This document shows positions 20,672 through 29,006 of a stretch of 64,000 nt of DNA, in pieces. The stretch is from Bdellovibrionota bacterium FG-1 (lineage in GTDB: Bacteria; Bdellovibrionota; UBA1018), in assembly GCA_051382295.1 (NCBI GenBank), contig JBBCAW010000052.1, positions 21,940 to 85,939 of the forward strand, written 5' to 3'. The notes beneath the pieces were generated by a model. That model did no database searches. It had not been told where the DNA came from and saw only the letters and a program-made list of their open reading frames with translations. The position numbers were made by a program, and so were the translations under genes. Numbering within the stretch: the stretch's first letter is position 1; each line of letters opens with the position of its first letter.

Positions 20672-20953
20672 ATGGCAAATACTAGACAGTCGACAAAACG
20701 TGCCGCTCAAGGCGTAAAACGCCAAACCCGCAACGTCACCATTCGCAGTATTACGCGTACCGCTCTCCGCAACGCTCTCACTGCGATCCAAGAAAAAGAC
20801 GTAGCCAAAGCGCAAGCCGCTTATAAAACGGCAGTAAAAGCCCTCAGCAAAGCTGCCTCCAAAGGTGGAATTCCACAGGGCCGCGCTGCTCGCAAGATCA
20901 GCCGCTTGACCCACTTTGCGAAAAAAGCTCTCCCATCCATTCTCGGAAAGTAA
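20672..20953 (+). CDS. rpsT: 30S ribosomal protein S20
   Basis: MANTRQSTKRA...RN...RS..RTA and KAASKG.I....AARKISRL motifs. Confidence 0.95.
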   Translation: MANTRQSTKRAAQGVKRQTRNVTIRSITRTALRNALTAIQEKDVAKAQAAYKTAVKALSKAASKGGIPQGRAARKISRLTHFAKKALPSILGK

Positions 20954-21128
20954 TTAGCAGCTAGTCAGTCATCAGCGAACAGCCATCAGCTTTTTAAAAG
21001 AATTCAAAGACGTGCATTGCTGCTAGAGGGATGTAATTTTTTTGAATTTGTCTCAAACGGCTTTATAAATTCTTGTATTTATTCGCCTTAGCTGACGTCT
21101 GATGGCTGACTAGCTACAGTAATGAAGA

Positions 21129-21178
21129 AGCGGCGGCCTGGGATCTGTGAAAGGATCTCGGGTCGTCGCTCTTTTTTT
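21129..21178 (+). terminator. Intrinsic terminator downstream of rpsT
   Basis: AGCGGCGGCCTGGGATC...GATCTCGGGTCGTCGCT followed by C and T7. Confidence 0.75.
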
Positions 21179-21217
21179 GCCTTGGATGTCGAATTCGAAA
21201 TAACCGCAGCATCATCA

Positions 21218-21871
21218 TTATTTTTGTGAATTAGGCACACCCCCACTAGAACCAGTCATCTGCCCCGACGACCCCTGGTCTGAACAACTCTTAGGGCTGC
21301 TAATGCCGCACATTTTTACAAGATCCACTTTTCCGAGTCCACCCGCGTTCGGCTTCATCGCAATCTGCCAAGAAGTAATCTCACTCTTATTCTGGTGAAT
21401 CACGCCTCCCGCATAATCAGAACAATTCTTGGCTCTCATGGTGAAAAGACAAGCATCAATGTTGTTTTGTCGATCTTCAGCGGCCTTTTTTTGACATTTG
21501 ACCTTAGCCAAACACATTGCATATTTCGCTGCATAGTTCGCAAACTTCTCTAACTCAGCTTTTGACGGTTTCGATGACGGTTTCGATGACGGTTTCGATG
21601 ACGGTTGCGGTGACGGTTGCGGTGACGGTGACGAGCACAAATCTATTACCCCGTAAGGGATAGATTTGGCTGAATCATCGACCCAACCCCTACATTTATT
21701 TAACTGCTCAACGAATAGTTTGGCATTCAGCTCATCCGCCTGCTTTTTTGTCATTGCCTCGGTCGCCGCAGGTTTCAAAGGCCCAGCCGGGGCTTTCAGA
21801 CTAGGCCCCGCATAAGAAACGCTGGATAAAACGATCCCCAAAGAAACCAATCCCGCCTTTAAGCTTTTCAT
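21218..21871 (-). CDS. Hypothetical secreted Cys-containing protein with a Pro/Ser linker
   Basis: Signal peptide MKSLKAGLVSLGIVLSSVSYA, eight Cys and an SPQP/SSKP repeat linker. Confidence 0.7.
   Translation of the reverse strand: MKSLKAGLVSLGIVLSSVSYAGPSLKAPAGPLKPAATEAMTKKQADELNAKLFVEQLNKCRGWVDDSAKSIPYGVIDLCSSPSPQPSPQPSSKPSSKPSSKPSKAELEKFANYAAKYAMCLAKVKCQKKAAEDRQNNIDACLFTMRAKNCSDYAGGVIHQNKSEITSWQIAMKPNAGGLGKVDLVKMCGISSPKSCSDQGSSGQMTGSSGGVPNSQK
21563..21633. repeat. In-frame 12-bp tandem repeat
   Basis: TGACGGTTTCGA x3, TGACGGTTGCGG x2 plus partial copies; encodes SPQP/SSKP on the minus strand. Confidence 0.9.
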
Positions 21872-22026
21872 TGCTCTATTTCCCCTTTTAAGTTCCTCCA
21901 ATTTTACCCCCCCCCATTTTTTTTACAACTGTGTCAATGCTGATTTGGCATATTTTCCCCACGTCTTGGGATATGCTAGGGTAAGCTATGAGCGTTTCGA
22001 GATAACTGAACTAAGGAGCAATAAAC

Positions 22027-22599
22027 ATGAGTTCAGAAGCCAAAAAGTTGGCGACTTACACCGATCTATTCACTTTACCAGCACATCTTGTGGGGGAGAT
22101 CATCGCCGGAGAACTGATCACCTCTCCACGACCAGGCCCCAGGCACGCGCGGGCCTCCTCCGTGCTTGGTAGTAAGATCATGAGTCCCTTTGACGAAGGG
22201 ACAGGCGGCCCGGGTGGTTGGTGGATCTTGGATGAGCCTGAGCTTCACTTGGGTGGCGATATCGTTGTCCCTGACCTTGCTGGATGGAAAAAAGAGAAAT
22301 TGCCCGCACTTCCCTTGGATAAATCCTACTTTGAAATAGCCCCAGACTGGGTTTGTGAAGTTCTTTCCGACAGCACCGCACGTCTGGATCGAGTGAAAAA
22401 ACTCCCTATTTACGTGCGCGAGAAGGTGAGCTTTGCTTGGCTGATCGATCCAAAGGCGAAGACCTTGGAAATTTATCAGCAAGAAAATACACGATGGTTC
22501 TTACTTAAAACCTTCGCAGGGGATGAGCGGGTTCGTGCGGTCCCTTTTGATGCGATAGAAATCGACATGAGTGTGCTTTGGCTCCCGGATGAACCATGA
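22027..22599 (+). CDS. Uma2 family (DUF820) endonuclease-fold protein
   Basis: GEIIAGELITSPRP, GGWWILDEPELHL, VPDLAGW, APDWVCEVLS and WLIDP motifs. Confidence 0.92.
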   Translation: MSSEAKKLATYTDLFTLPAHLVGEIIAGELITSPRPGPRHARASSVLGSKIMSPFDEGTGGPGGWWILDEPELHLGGDIVVPDLAGWKKEKLPALPLDKSYFEIAPDWVCEVLSDSTARLDRVKKLPIYVREKVSFAWLIDPKAKTLEIYQQENTRWFLLKTFAGDERVRAVPFDAIEIDMSVLWLPDEP

Positions 22600-22638
22600 G
22601 ATTCGAATAAGAAAGAAGCTTTACTCAGCCTACTTGCC

Positions 22639-22684
22639 CCCAAGCGATTGCTAGCCCAAAATCGATCCAGGTAACGACTTTCTT
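22639..22684. repeat. 46-bp direct repeat, copy 1
   Basis: cccaagcgattgctagcccaaaatcgatccaggtaacgactttctt; 43/46 identical to 24647-24692. Confidence 0.9.
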
Positions 22685-22693
22685 GCTGTCCAT

Positions 22694-23143
22694 TTAAGCC
22701 GCCAACTTCTCCAAATCCAAATCCAGGGGCTTTTGCTCATCGACGGCCACCGTTTCTAGCTGCGCGTAGAGTGCAACAATGATGACTGCTTTTACATTCA
22801 GCTTGGACAAAATAAACAGTCTAATATCTTTTTCAGTCGTCCACCCCATGACAGTAGGTTGTTCATCAAATCTTTCCCACTTCATCACGGCAACATGGGT
22901 CACGCAAAACCGCTTGGCAAAATTTTGAAGAGTCATTGCAAAATGAGTCCTAATAAACCTAACTTCAGCCCCCGTCAAACGAGAAGGCTTGAATGCCAAT
23001 GAATTGAGAACTGCCACTGCAAGATGATTATAGTTAATCTTGGGTGTCCACACTCCACGAACTTTGATCATGGGGACGTTCTTGAGTCGGATAGGAAATC
23101 CGCATCCCCGGTCTACAAATTCTTTTTGAATTTTCGTTTCCAT
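22694..23143 (-). CDS. MqsA/HigA-like HTH antitoxin
   Basis: LTGAEVRFIRTHFAMTLQNFAKRFCVTHVAVMKWE is an XRE-type HTH; directly downstream of the DUF4258-like gene. Confidence 0.75.
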   Translation of the reverse strand: METKIQKEFVDRGCGFPIRLKNVPMIKVRGVWTPKINYNHLAVAVLNSLAFKPSRLTGAEVRFIRTHFAMTLQNFAKRFCVTHVAVMKWERFDEQPTVMGWTTEKDIRLFILSKLNVKAVIIVALYAQLETVAVDEQKPLDLDLEKLAA

Positions 23144-23149
23144 AAAATC

Positions 23150-23452
23150 CTACCTCAGCTCAATAGCAGTAATGATCAGCATTCTATTTTCATCAAAGGA
23201 CACAATGACCCTGAGTTCCCTTTTATCCACAGGTTTACCCCTGATCGAATAATTCCAAGACTGATACCGCTCCTCCAATTTGTCCTTTTTCTTCTCATGA
23301 TGTCCGTGACCAAGAACAAAGAGTACTTCGGGACGAGTGATCAGTCTCTCTTTTTGTCGTTCTTCGGCATGACGGGTATCCAAGTACTGTCCCGACTCCA
23401 AACTGGTCTTGATGACGATCATGAGGGATTGAATTTTTAGGGGTCGGGTCAC
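23150..23452 (-). CDS. DUF4258-family putative toxin (RelE/BrnT-like RNase fold)
   Basis: TRHAEERQKER.I, WNYSIRGK.VD.RELRVIVSF and LIITAI motifs; 100 aa, upstream of an HTH gene. Confidence 0.75.
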   Translation of the reverse strand: MTRPLKIQSLMIVIKTSLESGQYLDTRHAEERQKERLITRPEVLFVLGHGHHEKKKDKLEERYQSWNYSIRGKPVDKRELRVIVSFDENRMLIITAIELR

Positions 23453-23460
23453 TTCTATTC

Positions 23461-23475
23461 TGTAACTCAGTTACA
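23461..23475. promoter_or_regulatory. Palindromic operator of the TA operon
   Basis: TGTAAC-TCA-GTTACA lies 8 bp upstream of the toxin start. Confidence 0.6.
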
Positions 23476-23749
23476 ACTTCATGTCCAGCTATTTCGTCAG
23501 TAATTCTCGGCGAGGGTGTCAGGGACGGCCATCCAGGCCTCGGCCGCTCTTGTCGCATCCATGCGACGCGGACGCCCCTCACCTCGCCACAGGATTCCTT
23601 GTGCCCGCCTGCGGCGAAGGAAGGACGAGTTCTTTTCGATGAAAAAGCCGCTTGAGCAGTCCAAAAGATTTCTGCACAAGGCTGCCGAGGATGAAGCTTG
23701 ACTCGACGTTAGCCATGCTCAAAATTGTAGTTGGAGTTTTTCGGATTAA

Positions 23750-24082
23750 TTAATGATTCCTCAGTTTCCGAATTCGCTTCCACAAAAGCGCTTTGGGAAT
23801 TCTATCCATTTTCAAAGAGGTCATGCATTCGTCCAGACGACCGGTCCGTTTTTCTAGCCGTTGTATGGCTCTATCAAGATCGCGCTTGATGCTTTCACCA
23901 TAAGCAATGGCTGCCTTTGCAATCGCCCGCGCCAACATCGCCCGAGACGGCTCGAGCATCGCAAGATCGATGAGATCGCGACTGAATACTGCATCATCTG
24001 CCCAGCAGTCCGAATTGGCGAGAAGCTTATTCGCAGCCCTATCCAGAGAAGTGATCCGAACATGCTGATCTCGCTCAAACAA
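23750..24082 (-). pseudogene. AbiEii/AbiGii-family nucleotidyltransferase toxin with an apparent in-frame internal deletion
   Basis: The TTG start overlaps the antitoxin stop. The N-terminal FERDQHVRI joins directly to TSLDRAANKLLANSDCWADDAVFSRDLIDLAM; there is no GGT or DxD core; 110 aa. Confidence 0.65.
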
Positions 24083-24557
24083 GCAGACGCTCCCTTCCGA
24101 ATGCGGCGAGCAGCGTCTCAATGAATTCGCGCTCATGCGAATCCATTTTCGCCAAGTCAACGTGCCGCCAATTCCGTTCGTAAAGATCAAGAGCTTCCTT
24201 TGGGCTGATCTCTTGAGTGTCTTTCATTTGCCACGCCAAGCGCTTGAGTTGCGGAAAATCGGTTAGCCGGACTTTCGAAGGCAGCTTCGGAGCCGATGAC
24301 CTTGAGGTTCGTTTTTGCTGAGGATCGAACAACTCCAGCTCAAGTCCGAGCGCAGAAATCACGCTAAGATAGGCACCCATCGTAACCGAAGGCTCGCCTC
24401 GCTCAATTCGATGCAGCGTTACTCGCGACATCCCAGCAGACTCCGCGGTTACAGTAGCGTTCACACCCAACCGCTTTCGGTGAGCACGCAACCGCTGCCC
24501 AAAGTAGCGCAATAGTTTTTTTAGAGCAGCCCCAACTGGGGGTGATGAAGCAGGCAT
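24075..24557 (-). CDS. XRE-family HTH protein, cognate antitoxin of the AbiEii-like gene
   Basis: AESAGMSRVTLHRIERGEPSVTMGAY HTH; C-terminal PQLKRLAW..EALDLYERNWRHVD. Confidence 0.85.
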   Translation of the reverse strand: MPASSPPVGAALKKLLRYFGQRLRAHRKRLGVNATVTAESAGMSRVTLHRIERGEPSVTMGAYLSVISALGLELELFDPQQKRTSRSSAPKLPSKVRLTDFPQLKRLAWQMKDTQEISPKEALDLYERNWRHVDLAKMDSHEREFIETLLAAFGRERLLV

Positions 24558-24646
24558 ATGCTTCTCATTTATACTATTTAAATATATACTATTTAAATGA
24601 ATTGTCTAGAATGAGACTCACTTTACAGCAATTCCCGGTGAGATAA

Positions 24647-24692
24647 CCCAAGCGATTACTAGCCCCAAATCGATCCAAGTAACGACTTTCTT
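24647..24692. repeat. 46-bp direct repeat, copy 2
   Basis: cccaagcgattactagccccaaatcgatccaagtaacgactttctt. Confidence 0.9.
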
Positions 24693-24770
24693 AAGGATCG
24701 GCATGAGCAGGTCCTGCTTTTCCCTGCATTCATACATACTTACAACGCTACTCAAGCAACCCCCCCTAAA

Positions 24771-25250
24771 ATGCCGATAGGTCTCGTGATGAAGCCTTTT
24801 CTCCAATTAGAATCCACATTTGTCCTTTTGGCATTCACCCTACTGGGCTCGACCCTTCCGGGTTGTGCCAAAAGCAGCCAGGACCTTTTCGTGCCCGGCA
24901 AAGCCACGGTGGGTGAAATCAAAGCCCAACTCGGTGAACCGGAACGGACCACCGTCCCCAACGTTCGCCCCCAAGCGAAGCTCATGGACTACCCGGACGG
25001 CACCAGTTTTCAGATCGAAAAAAACGTCATGATCGGAGTTTCTTTTCCACCAACAGAGGAACAACTCACCCTGCAATACTGGCGGCATAAATGGGAGGGG
25101 CACCCTCAAAGGTTCGAAGAAATCCCAGGCTCTCGTAATGTACACGGTCAAAAGAGTTATCAGCTTTTTTCTCTGAAAGAAAACCAGGCCGTTATCTACG
25201 AAGAACAATCGGATCGCATCACTCGCGTGGTTAAATATGAAACACGCTAA
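24771..25250 (+). CDS. Hypothetical lipoprotein
   Basis: Hydrophobic stretch with lipobox LPGC; overlaps the next gene. Confidence 0.7.
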   Translation: MPIGLVMKPFLQLESTFVLLAFTLLGSTLPGCAKSSQDLFVPGKATVGEIKAQLGEPERTTVPNVRPQAKLMDYPDGTSFQIEKNVMIGVSFPPTEEQLTLQYWRHKWEGHPQRFEEIPGSRNVHGQKSYQLFSLKENQAVIYEEQSDRITRVVKYETR

Positions 25251-27948
25251 AAACATCCTTTGCCTCGCGCTGGGTTTAATCAGCTTAGCAGGGAACACCG
25301 GCTGCTCACGCACCAAAAGTGCACGCCCCGCCACAACCGCTCGATGGGAAAAACAACTTCAACTTGCTGTGCCCACAGTGGATCGGCACGTCGCTGAAAA
25401 CGCCCCCAAATGCCTCAAGGACCGAATCAACTCTGATTTTTTACACCAAGAAGTCGCGCGCCTAGAACGTGAACGAAGCACCGGAATCAAGAACGTGCCG
25501 AAAGGAACCTGGCAGAACAAAGATCTGGCGTCTTTTCCGGCACCCCAGGCTCAGTTTTTGTCCTCCCAAGCAAGTTGGATCGCAACTGCGGGATTGGACT
25601 TCTCTTCCTGCAACAGTCTTCCCTGTATTCTGAATCAAGTGTACGGAGATCCCTCCGGCGAATTTGGATGGAAAATTTACTACTTTTATCTCGCCACGGG
25701 CTATCCGTTGTCCTGCATCGACTTAGTGCCAGATACCAATATATCCTATCTCAGTGGCCGGCCAGGCCAGATCACCTTTCCGCTGCCTCTGCGCGACCAC
25801 CTTTTCACCGATGACGAACTCAGGGGGTTTTGGAAACTTTCCTATCTGCTTCCCCAAAATTTCAAATTTATGTCAGCCATTCAGCGGTTCCATCGGGTAC
25901 CCAACAAGCCAGACGCCGAGGGCCGCCGTTACAACATTCCGGACTGGAATGCGAACACTTGTGCGGACTCCTGGGGCACCTCCACACAGGGGTTTATCCG
26001 ACTCGGTCGCTGTCTCGAAGAAACCGTCGAGGCCCTCGGTGTCATTCGCTATCAATCGGATCTGGAACCGCCCTTAAACGGAATAGGTGGCGAGTTTTAT
26101 CTCGTCGTTTCTCATGAAATGACTCATAACTTGGATCGCTTTATGGGCGGAACCAACACCCTCACACAAAAAATTTCTGATCGCGCCGACTGGCTCGCGC
26201 TCAGCGGCTGGCATCGCCAAACAGTAGTGACCTCAGAAGGCACCCCCGTGCTCAGCGATACTTGGGTCCCCACTCCCGAAACCGATGGGTTCGTCAATAG
26301 TTATGCCGCCACCCATCCGACCGAGGATTTCGCCGAAACTGCCGCCTGGACTCGGTTTCGTCCCGATCTTGCCAAACAAAAAAGTCCGCGTAAATCCGCC
26401 TTTTTATCCAAAAAGATTTTTGGCGACCGCAGCTATGATCCGGCCGGCCTCGCCCAGTACTATGAGGACTGGAGTGTTCAAACGCTGAAACCTCAGCTGC
26501 TGGAATTAGTCAATACTTGCCTCGGCGACCATCCCTCCCTCAACGACCTCACTGAACCACACCTCACTTTAGAGGGCGCCATTCCGAAGCCACTGATTTC
26601 TTGCCTAGAACACAACCTTAACGAAGCGGTGACGCAAGCCTTCGACCAGCTTCGCGGCGTCGAATGGGAAGCCTGTGAGCAAATGGCCGCCCACGAGAGT
26701 GCCATGCGAACCCATATTTTTGAACAACTCGGTCCCGATCTTTCACGGTTAATGGCCGAAAACGCCGACCGGGCCCCTTTTCTTCAGGCCATCAAAAATC
26801 TTCGCCGCACGCTCAAAGAGAACATCGACCCTCGCGAGGGCTATATTCACTGTTTTCAGCAAGCACAGCCCGAGCTTTGCTTTTCTCGCGCCCTAGGCGA
26901 AGCCTTTGACCGTGAAGCCACTCCCTTTGTGGGCATTTTAGGCTCTCAAATCGCCGCAGAGCGCGCGGATTTTTTAGGCCAAGCGTCGTTTAGCACTACC
27001 CAGACCACGACTCGCCAGTTCTACACTCGCTTCTTTGCAGGCACTGAGGGATTACTACGCACCTCTGCGGAGCTCCGTTGGAAGGGATGCCTGGATTTAG
27101 CACCCCCCACGAGCCCATTGCCCTCTTTGTTGGTGCAGCCCTTTTCAGGCGGCGGTCATTTTGTCGCGGCCGAGCTACTCAATTGCATCAACGGTGCAGT
27201 GTCAAATGATGTCACGGCTGTTTACCAGCGCCAGACTTCTCGCTTAGGCCTAACCCTATCCGATCCGGATGTTCAGGCCCTGGTCTCGGAACTCTTGCTT
27301 CCTGCGTATTTAGGCCGGCTCAAAGAACTGGAACTCATGGCCGCCACAACCGAAGACGCCACTCGCGATCAGCAGAAAACGCAAGTCATTGAGGTTCTCG
27401 TCTCAGCGCTCTCCAAAGATGCCAGCTGGCTCGGAGACTCCCTAGGGCCAGAAATCGCTCAAGCTCGGTGCGAACCCTTAGCACAAGCCGCCTTTGATGC
27501 CTATTTTACGAAAAACAGCGACTCCCAAAAGCTCTCTGTCCATTTTGCCTCTTTAACCTCCCTCCGCACTGAATGGAGTCAAAAGGCCTGCGCCCAAGCC
27601 GTCCTCTCCCCTCCTATTGCCCAGGTTTTAAATGAGCGCACGAGCCGCGCTTGGACTCTAGCCCAGCAAAGCCTTGAACAGAACATTGTCGCAGGCGCGC
27701 GGGATCAAGCCACGGAGTGTATCAATCGCAATCGTGGAAATGCTCGTACCTCGATTTCGATTCGCAATCGACGTCGCAAATGTTTGGGCGCATCATGGAG
27801 CGAGATCGAGGCCCGAGCCCTTGCCACTTGGAAAAACACGCAGGAGGGGCGTGTTTTTGCTGCACGCAACAATGATGTGAATACCTATCTTTCAGCACAA
27901 CGTTCGCGCCTCCAAATCAACGCGATCAAAGCCATGGAGGCGCGCTAG
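25237..27948 (+). CDS. Large lipoprotein with a zincin-type metallopeptidase motif
   Basis: Lipobox-like NTGC, HEMTH (HExxH) and downstream FVNSYAATHPTEDFAE; many Cys. Confidence 0.7.
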   Translation: MKHAKNILCLALGLISLAGNTGCSRTKSARPATTARWEKQLQLAVPTVDRHVAENAPKCLKDRINSDFLHQEVARLERERSTGIKNVPKGTWQNKDLASFPAPQAQFLSSQASWIATAGLDFSSCNSLPCILNQVYGDPSGEFGWKIYYFYLATGYPLSCIDLVPDTNISYLSGRPGQITFPLPLRDHLFTDDELRGFWKLSYLLPQNFKFMSAIQRFHRVPNKPDAEGRRYNIPDWNANTCADSWGTSTQGFIRLGRCLEETVEALGVIRYQSDLEPPLNGIGGEFYLVVSHEMTHNLDRFMGGTNTLTQKISDRADWLALSGWHRQTVVTSEGTPVLSDTWVPTPETDGFVNSYAATHPTEDFAETAAWTRFRPDLAKQKSPRKSAFLSKKIFGDRSYDPAGLAQYYEDWSVQTLKPQLLELVNTCLGDHPSLNDLTEPHLTLEGAIPKPLISCLEHNLNEAVTQAFDQLRGVEWEACEQMAAHESAMRTHIFEQLGPDLSRLMAENADRAPFLQAIKNLRRTLKENIDPREGYIHCFQQAQPELCFSRALGEAFDREATPFVGILGSQIAAERADFLGQASFSTTQTTTRQFYTRFFAGTEGLLRTSAELRWKGCLDLAPPTSPLPSLLVQPFSGGGHFVAAELLNCINGAVSNDVTAVYQRQTSRLGLTLSDPDVQALVSELLLPAYLGRLKELELMAATTEDATRDQQKTQVIEVLVSALSKDASWLGDSLGPEIAQARCEPLAQAAFDAYFTKNSDSQKLSVHFASLTSLRTEWSQKACAQAVLSPPIAQVLNERTSRAWTLAQQSLEQNIVAGARDQATECINRNRGNARTSISIRNRRRKCLGASWSEIEARALATWKNTQEGRVFAARNNDVNTYLSAQRSRLQINAIKAMEAR

Positions 27949-27949
27949 G

Positions 27950-29005
27950 ATGAGTGAAACTAAAAAAGATCTGACAGGCCTCCTGGACTACGCAAAAACC
28001 CTCCATAAAACGGAACAAACCCTCCCGCTCCCCGAAAGTTCCATCGCAGAAGATCAGCCGATTGATCCCGTTGAGCACTTTGAAAGCCTAGAGGACTATG
28101 GCCGCACGGCGCCTTCCGCAACCTCGGACTCAACATCCAACTCCGACCCCAATTCGGGCTCCGATCTTTTTCCGACCACTCCGGCGGACGCCCTCCCCGT
28201 TCCATCCGACACATTTTCAGGCATGGGGGAAGAGCATTTGGTTCAAGAAGAACCCTTGACCGAAGAACCTCTCCTAGAAGAATCCTTGGACGAACCCCTT
28301 CGTCCTGCCCTCGCCGTGGAGCATGCGACCGATGCGCTTCAAAATGTAAAAGAATATTCGGAGACGATTTCTTCGCCCAAATCCGCCAGACCTGCGGCCT
28401 TTCCCTTCAGTTTATTAATTACAGGAAGACTTGCCCCCCATGAACGGGAACGCTTGACCGACCTCATTTCGCGCGAAAACATCGGCATTCGTGAAATAGA
28501 CCTTGAACCCCAATTTGAGGCCGGAAAAATCCTGATTCCCCGAATCAGCGAATACGCGGGTGTTATGATTGTCGGAGCGCTTCGCTCGACCCAAGCCCGC
28601 ATGCGCCTTGGACCGTCAGACACCATTTATGCGACCGAAGATACCCAAGACGCCTCGCCGGAACCCCGGGATTACACCGAGCTTGAAACTCAAAGCAACT
28701 CCAGCGACTCCCAACACCCCGCCGAAAATATCGCGATCACCACGGCTTCGCAACTCAGCGGCTTTGAACAGCATCGGACGATCGACTTGGTCCTTGCCAG
28801 CGCGGTACTCAAAAGCCACGCGGTCGAAGCGCTCAACAGCCCCGAGTACACAACCCTCCTGGAGGCTCTGACTCGTGAACTCAAATACAAAGCCTATCGA
28901 CGTGGCGCGGATGCGATTGTGGCCTTCAATATCCAGCTCACGCAGCTCCAATCCCCAAGCGACTACCGGGTAGTCGCGGCGGGTACTTTAATCAAAAAAC
29001 AATAA
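27950..29005 (+). CDS. Hypothetical protein with an acidic disordered N-terminus and a YbjQ-like C-terminal domain
   Basis: C-terminal ELKYKAYRRGADAIVAF...VVAAGT pattern. Confidence 0.6.
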   Translation: MSETKKDLTGLLDYAKTLHKTEQTLPLPESSIAEDQPIDPVEHFESLEDYGRTAPSATSDSTSNSDPNSGSDLFPTTPADALPVPSDTFSGMGEEHLVQEEPLTEEPLLEESLDEPLRPALAVEHATDALQNVKEYSETISSPKSARPAAFPFSLLITGRLAPHERERLTDLISRENIGIREIDLEPQFEAGKILIPRISEYAGVMIVGALRSTQARMRLGPSDTIYATEDTQDASPEPRDYTELETQSNSSDSQHPAENIAITTASQLSGFEQHRTIDLVLASAVLKSHAVEALNSPEYTTLLEALTRELKYKAYRRGADAIVAFNIQLTQLQSPSDYRVVAAGTLIKKQ

Positions 29006-29006
29006 A

